DNA of 64,000 nt from Eledone cirrhosa (lineage: Eukaryota), in assembly GCA_964016885.1 (NCBI GenBank), contig OZ024742.1:102052001-102116000 (forward strand), given 5' to 3'. The position numbers and the translations under genes were made by a program. This document shows positions 45,483 through 59,450 of this stretch, piece after piece; position 1 is the first letter of the stretch, and each line of letters begins with the position of its first letter. The notes beneath the pieces were generated by a model that saw nothing but the letters and a program-made list of their open reading frames with translations, was not told the DNA's origin and did not search any database.

Positions 45483-45932
45483 AAATAAATATATAAGAGG
45501 AATTCTTAGATACTTTGTTCCAGCCAGCTTATTATTCAGGATTTTTCAAAACAAAGACACAGACAGCCATACAAGTTCATGTACACACGCATAAACACAT
45601 TCACATACACTGATTGATGAACATACACGCATACGCACGTGTACACACAGGCACACAATAACATACATAAACAATTCAGACACACGCACACTCCCATCAA
45701 CGATACACAAATTACTCACACATACACACAAAAGAAATAATGTACACACACGACACAGACTAATAACCGTATAAACTCACTCAAACACACAAACGCGTAT
45801 ACACACGCACACACAAAGGATTCACGGACACACACGTGTATACATATACACAAACACGTGTGCACACAAAATATACATAATTCACAGACACACACGTGTA
45901 AATCCATACACAAACACTCATCTTAAGCATAA

Positions 45933-45964
<32 letters not shown>

Positions 45965-46159
45965 ACACACATACACATACACACACACAAACAATTCACA
46001 AGCACACGCAGATACACACGCACACACTTCAGCGATGCACAGACCACACACATACACACACAGAAGCAATAATGCGCCCCCGCTGAAATGCACCCCCTCT
46101 TCACACACGTAACAGCACCTATAACACACATGGACTCTCCACCCAGGGCCCCGTCCCAC

Positions 46160-46585
46160 ACGCTGGACCACTCACCTACACCACCACCCCACGTCGGACT
46201 ACTCACCTCCACCCCCACGCCAGACTACTCACCCTCACGCCAGACTACTCACCCCCCACTCGGAGTACTCATCTACCCCCACCCCCCACCCAATGGACTA
46301 CTCACCGTCACCCCCACCCCAAGCCGGACTACTCAACCCAACCCACGCCGAACTACTCATCCCCACCCCACGCCAGACTACTCACCGCCACCCCCATCCC
46401 CACGCTGGACTACTCACATACACCCCACCTCCACACCGAACAACTCACCCCACCCCACGCTGGACTACTCACCTACACCCACCCCACGCTAGACTACTCA
46501 CCCCACCCCACGCTGGACTACTCACCCCACCCCACGCTGGACTACTCATCTACATCCCCACCCCCACGCTGGACTACTCACCCAC
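46160..46585 (+). repeat. C-rich degenerate minisatellite (ggactactcacc-ccac)
   Basis: Visible periodic repeat. Confidence 0.85.
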
Positions 46586-46791
46586 AGTCCCCAGCCATCT
46601 TAAAAGTTATTGTTTCGTAACCTTCTAAACTCCGTTGTTCCAACCTTTTCTCTCTCTTTCTTTACAAACTTGCTATTTCCTTAAGAAGGATTTATGTCTG
46701 AGACGTTGAAACCACCATTTATTGCTTCCCATGCGTGAACCTAATATAAGAATTTGTGTTTGTGTATCTCTGTTCGTTTTGTTTATTCTTG

Positions 46792-46860
<69 letters not shown>

Positions 46861-46952
46861 GGGTTCAATCGGGGGTAACCACAGTAAGTAAGGTACTCAA
46901 TACAAAGCAGAGTATAAATATTTCTTCTGCTTATATATATTTAATATAGAAA

Positions 46953-47003
46953 GGCTTCTACAGTACTAGAACTGTTTCATTCGGGAGAAATCATCAGGAA
47001 GCC
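46953..47003 (-). ncRNA. Type I hammerhead with complete stem III
   Basis: ggcuuc-CUGAUGA-uuuc uccc gaau-GAAA-cagu ucuagu acug-UA^gaagcc. A degenerate relative forms a fold-back at ~60620-60755. Confidence 0.88.
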
Positions 47004-47014
47004 GACTCAACTCA

Positions 47015-47052
47015 CCTTTTGAAAAGCAGAAGAACTGCGAAACCGGTAAAGG
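47015..47052 (+). ncRNA. Minimal hammerhead with U3-A8 core
   Basis: ccuu-UUGAAAA-gcag aagaa cugc-GAAA-ccgg-UA^aagg. Confidence 0.75.
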
Positions 47053-47482
47053 AACCAAATAAATATATATATTTAAAAAAAAAATAAGACTCCTGTTGCA
47101 TTTTCGATTTCATCTCTTTTTCTTTATACTGTCACTCGTGTAGGACACCTCGGTTATTTTTCATTTTGTAAAAAAACCTCACTTTCTAATATATATATAT
47201 ATATATAAACGGAAAAAATGAAACGAAATTTCATTTCTCACTCTTAGTACGGCTGTTACTTAAATATAAGTATGTATACGTACATACATATATGTATACA
47301 GACGTACAGTAGTATGTATATATATATATATACATACATGCACACATATATATATATGAACGTATGGATTCACCGAACATTTATTATAATGCTCGGTGTG
47401 TTTGTAAACAAACATCCCGAATTAATACATATATGTACGTATACATACTTATATAGTTATGGAATAAACAACATAAGATAAT

Positions 47483-47549
47483 TATTTCATTTACCAATGG
47501 TTTCTTGAAGACAGATACTTATGTCTGTCTTCATTCATCAGAAAAAATA
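47483..47549 (-). ncRNA. Hammerhead ribozyme
   Basis: uauuuuuu-CUGAUGA-a ugaagacaga cauaagua ucugucuuca a-GAAA-ccauugg-UA^aaugaaaua; stem I is imperfect. Confidence 0.75.
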
Positions 47550-47604
47550 TTTATTATGGAATAGTGATATGGATTTTCCTTTACCTTTCCTACGGAAATA
47601 CTTC

Positions 47605-47678
<74 letters not shown>

Positions 47679-48509
47679 GAAGTATTTCCGTAGGAAAGGT
47701 AAAGGAAAATCCATATCACTATTCCATAATAAATATATATATATAGTGGTTGTGTGCGCGTTTATGTATTTGTTCCGCAAGATTCTTGATGTGAAATCTT
47801 GTGTTGAAACCGATATTGCTATATTTGGGGATGGTTCTGTTGCCAGTATTGCCAATAAAAAGAAACATACACACCATATGATGTTCACTTTATTTTTATA
47901 TTCGTTATTAATTCATTCGTTAAATTATTTCGTCACACATTCTGTGACTTCCTCAACGTCTATCTGTTCTCTTTCGTACTTCCATTTCACATTGTCGTGG
48001 CTTTTAAACTTCAAATTTTATACAACTCCAATGCTTTACCATTTCTGCCAATCCTCCACATTCATAACAGATACAACTGATTCTTGTGCGTGTTAATAAT
48101 AATATACACATAAATGACAACTGTCCGTGGACAATGAGTCAGCAAAAGTCATCTATATGAAAATTATAATTGCAAAGGGAATTACTGTTCATTATTTATC
48201 TAGTTAATTTTTATTTTCGAAATGTACCATCATAAATCAGGATTTGAAGAAAGAAGAGAAACGAGATCAGAATTCATTTAAAATAAAACAAACTTCAACA
48301 AATCTTGGCTTTTTTTCTACAGAAAAAACGATTCCATACAGATTCCATAATTTATGAAGTTACAATAGAGACTTACTTATAGCACAGAAGACGTCATCAC
48401 TTATGCAACTGCGATTAACAATTTCCTTGCCGTATTTACAATTACTTCTAGCATAGGCACAAGAACAGTAATTCTGGGGGAGGGAAATTCGAAGGAATGG
48501 GGATGGCAA

Positions 48510-48542
<33 letters not shown>

Positions 48543-49646
48543 TGCAGTTGTCCAGTATACAGCAGATACCGTGGTTTGGTTCTCGTAGGCAACTCTGTCA
48601 CTTTCCTCCGTCATGTTTCCTTCGTGTATAATTCCATTATTTAAAGAATGAGGTTGTCCTTTTTTGTAGCGAAAACATTTTCCAATTGTTCTTCCACATA
48701 ACCTTCGATCCGATTTGAATGCAATTCTGAGGGCGTATACCCGTAGGGGTCAATATCTAGGGTATTTCTGATCTCTTCCCCTCGCCTAGCTGTCACCCTT
48801 GTCCACTAATAACCTATATCTTTATGTTATCTTTTCGTTTTACTTTTATTTTACTTCATCTTTGTTTTTACTATTATATTTTTGTTTTGTCTAGGTCACC
48901 ATAACCTATTTGATTACTACCTTAATTAAACTCTAAGAGTCATTATCTCCCTTTAATCTTAGGTCGTCGCTAGGTCATTATGACATTTATACCGGCTGAT
49001 ATGTAATGTTACTACGATGCACAACGGAAGCTAATGTTTTGTTAATGTTAATTTAAATGTTTATAGATCCCTATGAGCTGGGTTTAATGAGAATGTACTA
49101 CACGTGCTTATGTAACCCGGCGAAACATATGTCAATCAATTAAATATACCATTAACAGCTTTGGTTGTTGTTGTTTATATATGCTTTGTGAATAATACAA
49201 TCCTGCAGTGAGTGGACCGTAAACGGTGGTTCAACTCCAGATGCACTACAGCCTTCACATCTAACGATTATCAACTTGCATTGAGCTTAAACCTCATTTT
49301 GCTAAAATATAGTTGTTTTCTCAACATGTATGTATACACATACCCCCCCCCCCCCCCACACACACACATACACATTTGTATATGTATATGTATAAATGTC
49401 ATATAAAAATATATATATACATACGAAATAGTGCCAAGACAGACTTACTTTTACATAATTGTTTTATTTCATAATATATATTTCAGTGACATGATTAGTA
49501 ATCATGAAATTGTTACATCATTGACAGTCTCCATGTGACATCATCAGATGCTCATACAATTACGTGGAGTGCTTTTGGACTGCTTAAACCCGATTATCTT
49601 CGCGGCGTTACAACGTAACCTTCAGGGACAAACACTCCCAATGATC

Positions 49647-49700
<54 letters not shown>

Positions 49701-49817
49701 ACCGGGGCCTTGAGAAACCAACACCAAATTTCAACCCGGAGCATATCATTGAATCTAAACAACAGAAGTAAGCTTTATTTCACGTTTATGTTTTTCTGCT
49801 TTTTTCTATTCAAATTA

Positions 49818-49880
49818 TTGCTGTCTGATGAGGTCATACCTGTTGCATAACGGTTGTCACCGAAATATATGTATCAGCGA
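49818..49880 (+). ncRNA. PLE 3'-end hammerhead (related degenerate copy 49470-49550 minus; another degenerate family at 49066-49137 plus)
   Basis: uugcugu-CUGAUGA-ggucauacc...gguugucacc-GAAA-uauaug-UA^ucagcga, then AATAAA and (TA)n; the 3' flank resembles 13390-13440. Confidence 0.7.
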
Positions 49881-50331
49881 CTATGAATAAATGAAGTTAA
49901 TTTTAACCTGTTGACTTGTACTTCATGTATATATATATACGCTTAGTATCAACGGTGCGAGAATGTATATTCAATACCATAGTTAGTAAAGATATATTCG
50001 TTATTAAGACCAAGCTAAAGTCCTGTAGCGGGCCCGTAGCGAAGTGGGTTGTGTGAAATGGATGACACTGTTTCTCTTATTTTTCAATAGTGCACCATCA
50101 GATTTACGGTAATACCTTGATTCCGAAACTCTATCTTAGAATTATTGTGAATTAAAGTGCCAACCTAGAATGTTCTGAAGCTCAAATTGAGCCGCAAAGC
50201 CAGCTGACGGCCCTGGCATGGAGTTTCACTTGTTTATTCACAGGATCACCAGGTAAGAGCTGAACACACAGGCGACACCCCAGAGTAACAGAAATCTAAC
50301 TTGGCCTTAATAAAGAATACACAGACAGACT

Positions 50332-50371
<40 letters not shown>

Positions 50372-50588
50372 CACGCACGCACGCACGCATCACGCGCGCA
50401 CGCGCGCGCGCGCATATACATATATAATGCAAGGTCAGAAATGAAAAACAAACAAACACGGAGAATAATAACGCAAAAATATTATTAGTTTAATGCTCGC
50501 GGGAATATATACATATGTGTACATACACGCACACACACACACATATATATATACAGATATATATGTATATATACATGCATACATACAT

Positions 50589-50619
<31 letters not shown>

Positions 50620-50799
50620 CATACACACATTCATACATACACACAGACATACACACATACATACACACATACATACACACATACATACACACATACATAC
50701 ATACACAGTCAACGCGATCAGTCGCATATTTTGGCGTGGAAGACTATTTATTAAATTTAAGATGAATTCTTTCTCCGACAGTAATGCCACAACTACAGT

Positions 50800-53700
50800 C
50801 ATGTTGAATAACTGGTTATTCTTCTAACTATATCTTCTGAAGACACCTTTTATTCGAATTCGTAGAGATATCCGACTAAATACATAATTCATTTTACAAG
50901 GATTTGCTACAAACAACATGGCTGAACACAACATCAACAAAAAAATTAAGGAAGTACCGAAGACAAATAACAAGGAAAGTAAACAAACTTTATACAGTTG
51001 TAGCTACAGAAGAAACCGAAATTATAAATCGCATTTCTCTTGGAGTTGCGAACTTAATAATGATTTATTTAATTGTTATAAAATGGCAAAGAAACAATCC
51101 CTCTATTGGTTATATGAACAGAATGAAGCTACACTGGGACGAAATACTCCCAGAGCTAAATTATTTCACAGCGAAACAATTACGCCAACAAGCGACGTTT
51201 GTTGAACGTAAAAATAAAATAAATATTATTAATTGTAAGTCCCCCACAACAAACATGTTATCAACAACACGTGCTACAGGTCGCCATGCTACTAGACTTC
51301 CTAGCAGCCAGGTCGAACAGTGCCTTGAAACAACTATGCCTGTAAGAAACTTGACACCACCTGTACCATCTAAGTCTACCTCGAATGCTGTGGAAAACAC
51401 TATCGATAATAATAATAATCGAAGAAATTTGACACCACGTGTACCATCCGAGTCTACCTCGACTGTTGTGGAAAATACTATCGATAATGATAATAATCAA
51501 AAGTATAAACAATTGAAATTTTCCCGCAACGAAATCTTCCAGAGAGAAATTAATTCATGTATAAATATCTCTCTTGCTGAACGTATTAAAACGACAATGT
51601 TTAATAAAAAACCAAATAATGAAATATTACGTGTTATTGACGAAATAGGGGATGAATATTTACGACGGATAAAAACCCCAACATTTTGGCAAAGTAACAC
51701 CTGTTTATATGCCTTAGCAACGACAGTGAAGCATTATCTTGGTGATAGCAGAGATATTAACAAGAACAAAACACCACCAAAAATACCATCATATATAACT
51801 AAAATAGAAAAAAAGATTGCTGACCTACGAAAAAACATAGGACATGTGGTAATGCTCCTTACATGCAAACAAACACAAAAAAACCTCACTCCTCACTAAC
51901 AAAGAGTGAAAAATAAAATAGAGACGATGTTTGGTAACAGTAGAACCAGAACTCTCCAATATAAGCTGATCACCCTCAAACAAGAATTGAGAGCTGTTAG
52001 CGAAAAACGCCGATACCTGAAGAAGGTAGATGAGAGAAAAGTGCTTAATAAAAGATTCAGACGAAACCAAATATCAGTCTATAGAGATATGAAGAACAAA
52101 ATAATAAGTGTCACTGAAGCCCCATCCCAGAAATACATAGATTCCTTTTGGAGCAAAATATGGGGTGAAAAGAAGAATTTCAAACAAGATGCAGTGTGGC
52201 TAAGAGAAATCCGAAAGAACTATTGCTCCTACACTACAACAAAAACATACGAAATAAGTGAGGGTACCCTTGAGACTGTGATAGGAAAACTCCAAGATAA
52301 GAAAACACCAGGAAGAGACATGATTGTCGGCTACTGGTACAAAAAACTGATAGTCTATCGGAGGTATCTTACTGACCTCTACCAACAAGTTATTAAGGGA
52401 GATACACCTATACCAGAATGGTTGACATTAGCACAAACGTTACTGGTCCCCAAGAACAAAGACACCCACTTGACAAAAAACTACCGACCCATTGCATGCC
52501 AGAACCTGATGTATAAGATGTATACAGACTGTCTGAACCTATTCCTCCAAGATCACTGTGAAAATAATAACATCATCACAGATGAACAAGCAGCTGGAAA
52601 GAAAGGGGTTAATCAACAAAACTGCGATGTCGGAGGTGCGACAACTTAGGAGGAATATGGCTACAGTCTGGCTGGACTACAGGAAAGCTTTCGATTCTGT
52701 TCCCCACTTTTGGATGATAGAGGCCCTCCAACTTGCTAAAGTCCCAGACATTATTGTCAGAGCCATAGAGAGGCTGTCTTTTTCTTGGGCTACTATCCTA
52801 AGGTTAAATACAGAGAGGGAGGACTCTATTTTCACTGATAAAATAAAATATTGCAGGGGTATATTTCAGGGGGACAGTCTCTCTGTGATATTATTCATCT
52901 TGTCATTAAACCCCTTGTTCTTTCTGCTCAAGAAATGTGAGGGATACATCATTAGCTCACAGGAGGGCAGAAATACGAACCTAACCCATAATTTCTTTGT
53001 GGACGATCTGAAACTCTATGCCAAGAACATGGATGGGATGAAGAAAAATCTTGACCTGGTTACAACGTTCTCAAAGGATATAGGAATGGAGTTTGGCCAA
53101 GATAAATGCTCATACATGACTGTAAAGCGGGGAAAAACAACAACCCAATCTAGCAACATTGTCATCAATGGCCTAACTGTTTCACCGATATCTGATGAGG
53201 ACTACTACAGATACCTGGGGATAGATGAGAACATATCATATAATGGTATCTGTAATAAAGAACGCGTAACCAGGTAATACTACACCCGATTAAGAAAGAT
53301 CTGGTCATCGGAACTCTCTGTGGCTCACAATGTGTTTGCTGTGCCTGTCCTAACACCAACGTTTGGAATACTCAATTGAACGATAGATTAAATCTGAGCA
53401 GTTGATGTTGGAACTCGAAAAATACTAAACAACACCGGAAACTTCTACATCAACAGTGATATAGTTGCCAGGAAGCTCCAGAGTGAGAGTACCATAGATA
53501 AGGAAAGTAGTCTATCTTGGACCAACAACCGCTATATTGGCTTCCACTTTGAAGGATACGCTTTTGCAATCCAAGAACACGAGATTAGCACGAAATACCT
53601 GATTCACAAAAGAGATAGGGATGCAGGCAAAACACCTAGATGTGATAACAAGTGCAGACTCTGCAGAACTAACATCGATGATATCACCCATGTCATCAGC

Positions 53701-54475
53701 AGCTGTCCAAAGATGTCATCGCGGTACTATCTACATATGAGGCATGATGTAGTGGCCAAAACACTGTACAATGCAGTTCGTAAAAAATATAGCCCCGATA
53801 ATAAACACATTAAAAGCTACAACAATGTGGAAGACATCCATGTACATAATATCAAAGAGTACTGGTGGAATGTTCCAGTAAAAACCCTAATAAAATGCAG
53901 GCGTAACAGTCCAGATATTATGATATGGGACAGGAAGAAGAAAGCATGCACAGTAGTGGAAATTAGCTGCCCAGCAGATGCCAATATAATATGAGATTAG
54001 TGAAAAGGAGAATATTTATGCAGAACTGATGAGAAATCTGCAGATACTCCACCCTGATTACACCTTCAGATTTATGCCTGTGATTATTGGGGCACTGGGG
54101 TATGTTAGTAACTGCCTCAATACAAATCTTGAGAAGCTAGGCTTCACAGGAACAGAAAGAACACAACTAGTTAGGAAATTACAAGTACAATCCATTAATG
54201 GAACAGTAAAAATATGTAAAACATTCCAAAAATGTTGCATCTAATAACTGCATATACACATGTACGGATGCAAAGCATATACACATGCACACATACAACT
54301 CAAAACATACACATCCACACATACAATAACATCCGTATCTACACATGCATGCATACATACATATCTACCTAGTTGTTGTGTAAATTCCAATGAGAGAGTC
54401 TTGTGTCTATGTTAGAAACCGACTCTCTCTCTATTGGTAAACCTTTGTGAAATTATAAAACCAGAAGAACATACA
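50800..54475 (+). mobile_element. R4/Dong-like RLE LINE, near full length, disrupted
   Basis: NYRPIAC, WLDYRKAFDSVPH, GIFQGDSLS, FFVDDLKLY, YRYLGI, CRLC..H...C, RHD, PDI motifs; stops, frameshifts and a ~300-bp deletion at ~53464; ends in (TACA)n. Confidence 0.92.
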
Positions 54476-54518
54476 TACATACATACACACACACATACAT
54501 ACACACAAAAAAATTGAC

Positions 54519-55380
54519 CAATTTACAGAAAAAATTGTGCATGGATACTTGAGACGTAAAACACAGACCATAGAGGGGATAAACCACTCAAAAAGCCTGG
54601 CATGGAGTTCCGACAAGTTTATGACATCACACCTTGAGGGATATCTCTATGCAATACAGGAACAAGAACTCCCTACCAAATATCTGCTGCACAAAAGGGG
54701 AGGCCCATCAGCTGACAATAAATGTAGGCTATGTAAAACAAAGATCTAGGATACAAGCCACATTGTTGCCAGCTGCGAAAGAATGTCATCTCGCTACTAC
54801 TTCCCCATGAGACACGATGGGATAGCTAGAACCATCTGGAACGCACCTCGGAAAACAAAATGAACAACAAACGAGGAAGAATATATTGAGACAGATGGCA
54901 CTAAGGAATACTGGTGGAACCTGAAAATAAAAACTGCCACCAAATTAAAGCATAACCGGCCCGATATTCTTGTTTGGGACCACACATTGAAAACGTGTTC
55001 TATTGTGGAGATCAACTGCCCACTTGATGTAAATGTTGTCAGAAAAATACAGGAGAAGGAGGACATCTACGGACCATTGATGAGGAGTTTACAAATCTAG
55101 TATCCAACAAGATACACCTTTAGTTTCATACCCATCATTATTGGAGCTACGGGTTATATACCAACCCGCTTGGACCAAAGTATGACTGAACTTGGATTTG
55201 CGGACAAAGAGCGCAGCTCCCTAATTCATAGTCTACAAATGGCTGCGATAGCTGGCACCTTCAAAATTTGCAAAACATTCTTGCGATTCAAGGGATGACA
55301 ATTTCTTTTCTTTTACAACCTTGCCACCAGGAAGGTGGCCGGTCAAAAAAATATACTCGAAATTAAGAGAAAGAGATAAT
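54519..55380 (+). mobile_element. Second R4/Dong-like family, 3' fragment
   Basis: Reverse complement of 37880-38745; (TACA)n tail. Confidence 0.88.
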
Positions 55381-55481
55381 ACACACATACATACAAACAT
55401 ACATACATACATACATACATACATACATACATACATACATACATACATACATACAAACAAACAAACAAACAAACAAACAAA

Positions 55482-55519
<38 letters not shown>

Positions 55520-56327
55520 TACAAACACACATACATACAAACACACATACATACATACATACATACATACATACATACATACATACATACATACATACAT
55601 ACAAAATGTTTCTATATATTTATTAGTCTGGATAATCCTAACAACAAACGCAATATTGTGTTGTAAAGATGGTTGTATCAATTACAACAGCCCCTACTCC
55701 CAAATCTCTTTTACTCCCTTCTCCCTGCCCAATATCCCTGCCATCCTATACCGTACCAGCAGAGCCCCTCCCTCCGCCCACATCTTCATTCATTCAGACA
55801 TCACCCTCAGCATCTCCCATCACCCATAACGACATCTTTACCTCCTCCCTCTACCGTGTCTGTCTCCGTATGAGATCTCCATCATCAAGTACAGAAATTA
55901 AGGTATTTTTCAAAGTAAGGTGGGTGAGGGGTAGGGATCTGGGTGAGGTGGGGTGGGTATCAGAGATGGGTTGGGAGCTGGGTTGATTTGAAACTTCCTC
56001 TTCCCTAGGAAAGCCATGTAATTCTAGTAATGGTCGTCTCTTGTGTAGGGGCTGTATTTATCTGAGACAATAACATCGGTGTCTGCGAAGAGATTTGGTG
56101 GTTGACAGGTGACGATGGTGATGGGGGTGGGGATATACGGGCAGCAACAGCAGCACTGGCAGCAGTAACAACGATAACAGCAGCATCTACAGAAGCAGCA
56201 ACAGCATAAGCAACAGCAACACCAGTAACAGTGGCAACAGCAGCAACACCAATAGTAAGACCAGCGGCAGTAGTAACAACAGAAGCAACAACACAGCAGA
56301 AACAGCAGTAACAACAGCAGATCTGCA

Positions 56328-56597
56328 CTATCAGCAGCTACAAACGTAGCAACAGCACCATCAGCAGCTACAAACGTAGCAACAGCACCATCAGCAGCTA
56401 CAAACGTAGCAACAGCACCATCAGCAACTACAAATGTAGCAACAGCACCATCAGCAGCTACAAACGTAGCAACAGCACCATCAGCAACTACAAATGTAGC
56501 AACAGCACCATCAGCAGCTACAAACGTAGCAACAGCACCATCAGCAGCTACAAATGTAGCAACAGCACCATCAGCAGCTACAAACGTAGCAACAGCA
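56328..56597 (+). repeat. 30-bp minisatellite (atcagcagctacaaacgtagcaacagcacc)
   Basis: About 9 tandem units inside a CAG/CAA-rich tract. Confidence 0.9.
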
Positions 56598-57283
56598 GCA
56601 GTAGTAGTAGCAGCATGTGTACCAAGAGGTATATATATATATATATATATATATCTGTCACAGTTGTAACAGCACTAGGTGTAACAATTATTTAGCAGCA
56701 GCAACGACAGCAGCATGTAACAACACCAGCAGGAGCAGCAGCAATGACAGCAGCAGCTGGAGCAGCAGCAGGTTTTAATTTCCTTAAGTGCCAGTAGGCG
56801 GAAAAGAAACCCAATTCTTGGCCCATTTTCTCTTCGCCTCTGATTGCTTTAAATTAAGACAAAACAAGAGGCGGGCTTTTAAAATACTGACGGTGGCGGT
56901 GGTGGTGGTGGTGGTAGTGGTGGTGGTGGTGGTGGTGGTGGTGGTGGTGGTAGTGGTGGTGGTAGTAGTGGTAGAGGTAGTAGTGGTGGTAGTGGTGGTG
57001 GTAGTAGTGGTAGAGGTAGTAGTGGTGGTAGTGGTTTTGGTGGGGGTGGTAGTGGTGGGGGTGGTGGTGATGGTGGTGGTGGTGGTAGTGGTGTTGTTGT
57101 TGGTGATGGTGGTGGTAGTGATGTTGTTGGGATTGTTGTTGTGGTGTTATTAGTGGTGATTGTGGTGGTGGTGGTGGTGGCCGTGTTGTTATCGATGGTG
57201 GTTATGAGGTGGGAGTTGAGATGATGGGTTTCTCCTGGGAGGGGGTGTAATGATGGTCGTAGAAACGAAGGTGGGTGGGCTTT

Positions 57284-57333
<50 letters not shown>

Positions 57334-57346
57334 TAGGGACCTCTAA

Positions 57347-57892
57347 TCTCTATATATAAAGCTGTGGTTGTCTGTCTGTCTATCGATTTTTGGCACACAT
57401 CTCCTCTTAGAATCTCTGACGGAATTGCACCGAAATTGCTATACTTGTACATTGAGCCCTAGCGAAGACATCGGAAAAAAAATATTTCAAATTGACCCAC
57501 CCTATGTGACGAAATCGAATCTAATGTATTGATTTTTGAGCGTAAGTGACGAGTTATTTCCCTTTGTTCTGTTTACATTGAGCGTCTTAAAAAAATTACG
57601 CTGGCTTTCTCAGCGTTTAAAATGACATTAACACAATACACGAACAGTTGTCGAGCCAGCAAAATTTTGACCTGCAAAATTCATCAGTTCGAACACTAAG
57701 CTTCCGTTTTGCTTCATTTCCATTTAAAAGCCTTTTAAAACAATATTTTTATTTGAAAACAAGTCTATAAATTTCGTTAGGCGTGCAGACAGATAGTCGT
57801 GCAGACAGACTTTAAGCCAAAAAAGAAACTTAACATTGTAACTTTAACACAGCTACTGAGCGACCCCGAGCAACGCCGGGCTTTACTGCTAG
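57347..57892 (+). mobile_element. Complete non-autonomous Helitron
   Basis: A|TC 5' end, subterminal hairpin ccc..gagcaacgc..cggg, CTAG|T 3' end, no target-site duplication. Confidence 0.85.
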
Positions 57893-58684
57893 TTCCTGAT
57901 AAAGTCATAGGGGAGTTGTCGTAACTCGGACACCTTCAACTCTGTTTGAGCACGAAGATTTCTTCCAGAGTAGGAGAGAGAGAGGGAGAGGTGCAGAGAG
58001 AGGGGGAGGAAGGGAGAGAGGTGGAGAGAGATGGGGTGGGTGGAGAGATAGGGTGGGGAGAGAGAGGGGTGGAGAGAGAGAGGGTGGGGAGAGAGAGAGG
58101 TGTGGTGGAGAGAGAGAGAGAGGAGAGTGAGAGAGAGAGGGGGTGGGGAGAGAGATAGATAGATAGAGAGAGGGGGAGAGAGAGGGATGGAAAGAGAAAG
58201 AGGGAGAGAGAGAAGGGGAGAAAGATAGATAGATAGAGATAGAGAGAGAGAGGGGGCGAGAGAGAGAGATGGGAGAGAAAAGAGAGAGATAGAGGAGAAG
58301 AGGGAGAAAGAGAGGAGGAGAGGGAGAGAAGGGAGAGAGAGAGGAGAGTGAGAGATAGAGAAAGAAAGAAAGAAAGAGAGAGAGGGAGAGAGTTATCTAT
58401 GAAAAAAATCGGCCACCATTACTGGTACTTTATTTATCAACGTTGAAAGGGTAGAAGAATGACTTCGGCGGGATTTGAACTGAGAGCGCAGAATGTGGAA
58501 ACGTGTAGAAGGAAGTCTTCTATCCAACGTCTTCACCACTCAACTAATCCACCGCCTCAGTCAAGATAATAATGGATGTGTTGGTGGTGATATCTATGGA
58601 GGAAGATGGTGGGACAGAGTGGAGATGGTTGTTGAAAGGCATTGTTATATATTGTTGGGGCTGTTAGGTGTGTGGAATTATGAT

Positions 58685-58997
58685 GCTGACGTTGTTGTTG
58701 TTGATGGCGTCATTGTTGTTGTTATTGTCATCGTCGTCGTTGTTGTTGTTTGTTGTCGTCACCATCGTCGTTGTCGTTGTTAGTGTTGTTGTTAATGTCG
58801 TTGTTGTTGTTGTTGTTATTGTCGTCGTCGTTGTTGTTCTTGTCGTTGTTGTTGATGTTGTTGTTGTTATTGTTGTTATTGTCGTTGTCGTTGTCGTTGT
58901 TGTTGTTGTTCTTGTCCTTGTTATTGTTGTTCTTGTCCTTGTTGTTGTTATTGTTGTTGTCACCATCGTCGTTGTCGTTGTTGTTGTTGTTGTTGTT

Positions 58998-59029
<32 letters not shown>

Positions 59030-59402
59030 CGTCGTCATTGTTGTTGCGTCACCATTGTCGTTGTTGTCGTTGTTGGTGTTGTTCTTGATGTCATTGCTGT
59101 TGTTGCCGTCATTTTTGTTGCTGTTCTTGTCATTGTTATTGCTGTTGTTGGTGTAATTGTTGGTATTGTTATTATTGTTATTGTCGTTGTCGTTGTTGTT
59201 GTTGTCACCATTGTCGTTGTTGGTGTTGTCGTTTTTGTTGTCGCTGTCGTCGTCGTTGTTGTTGGTGGTGCTGTTGTTGTTATTGTTGTTGTTGGTGGTG
59301 GTGCTGTTGTTGTTATTGTTGGTGTTGTCGCTGTGGTCGTCGTCGTTGTTGTTGTTGTTGTTTTTGTTGTCGCTGTGGTCGTCGTCGTCGTCGTCGTCGT
59401 CG

Positions 59403-59445
<43 letters not shown>

Positions 59446-59450
59446 CAGAG
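58685..59450. repeat. (GTT/GTC)n low-complexity tract
   Basis: Trinucleotide repeats; explains the poly-N/T/V/L ORFs. Confidence 0.95.
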
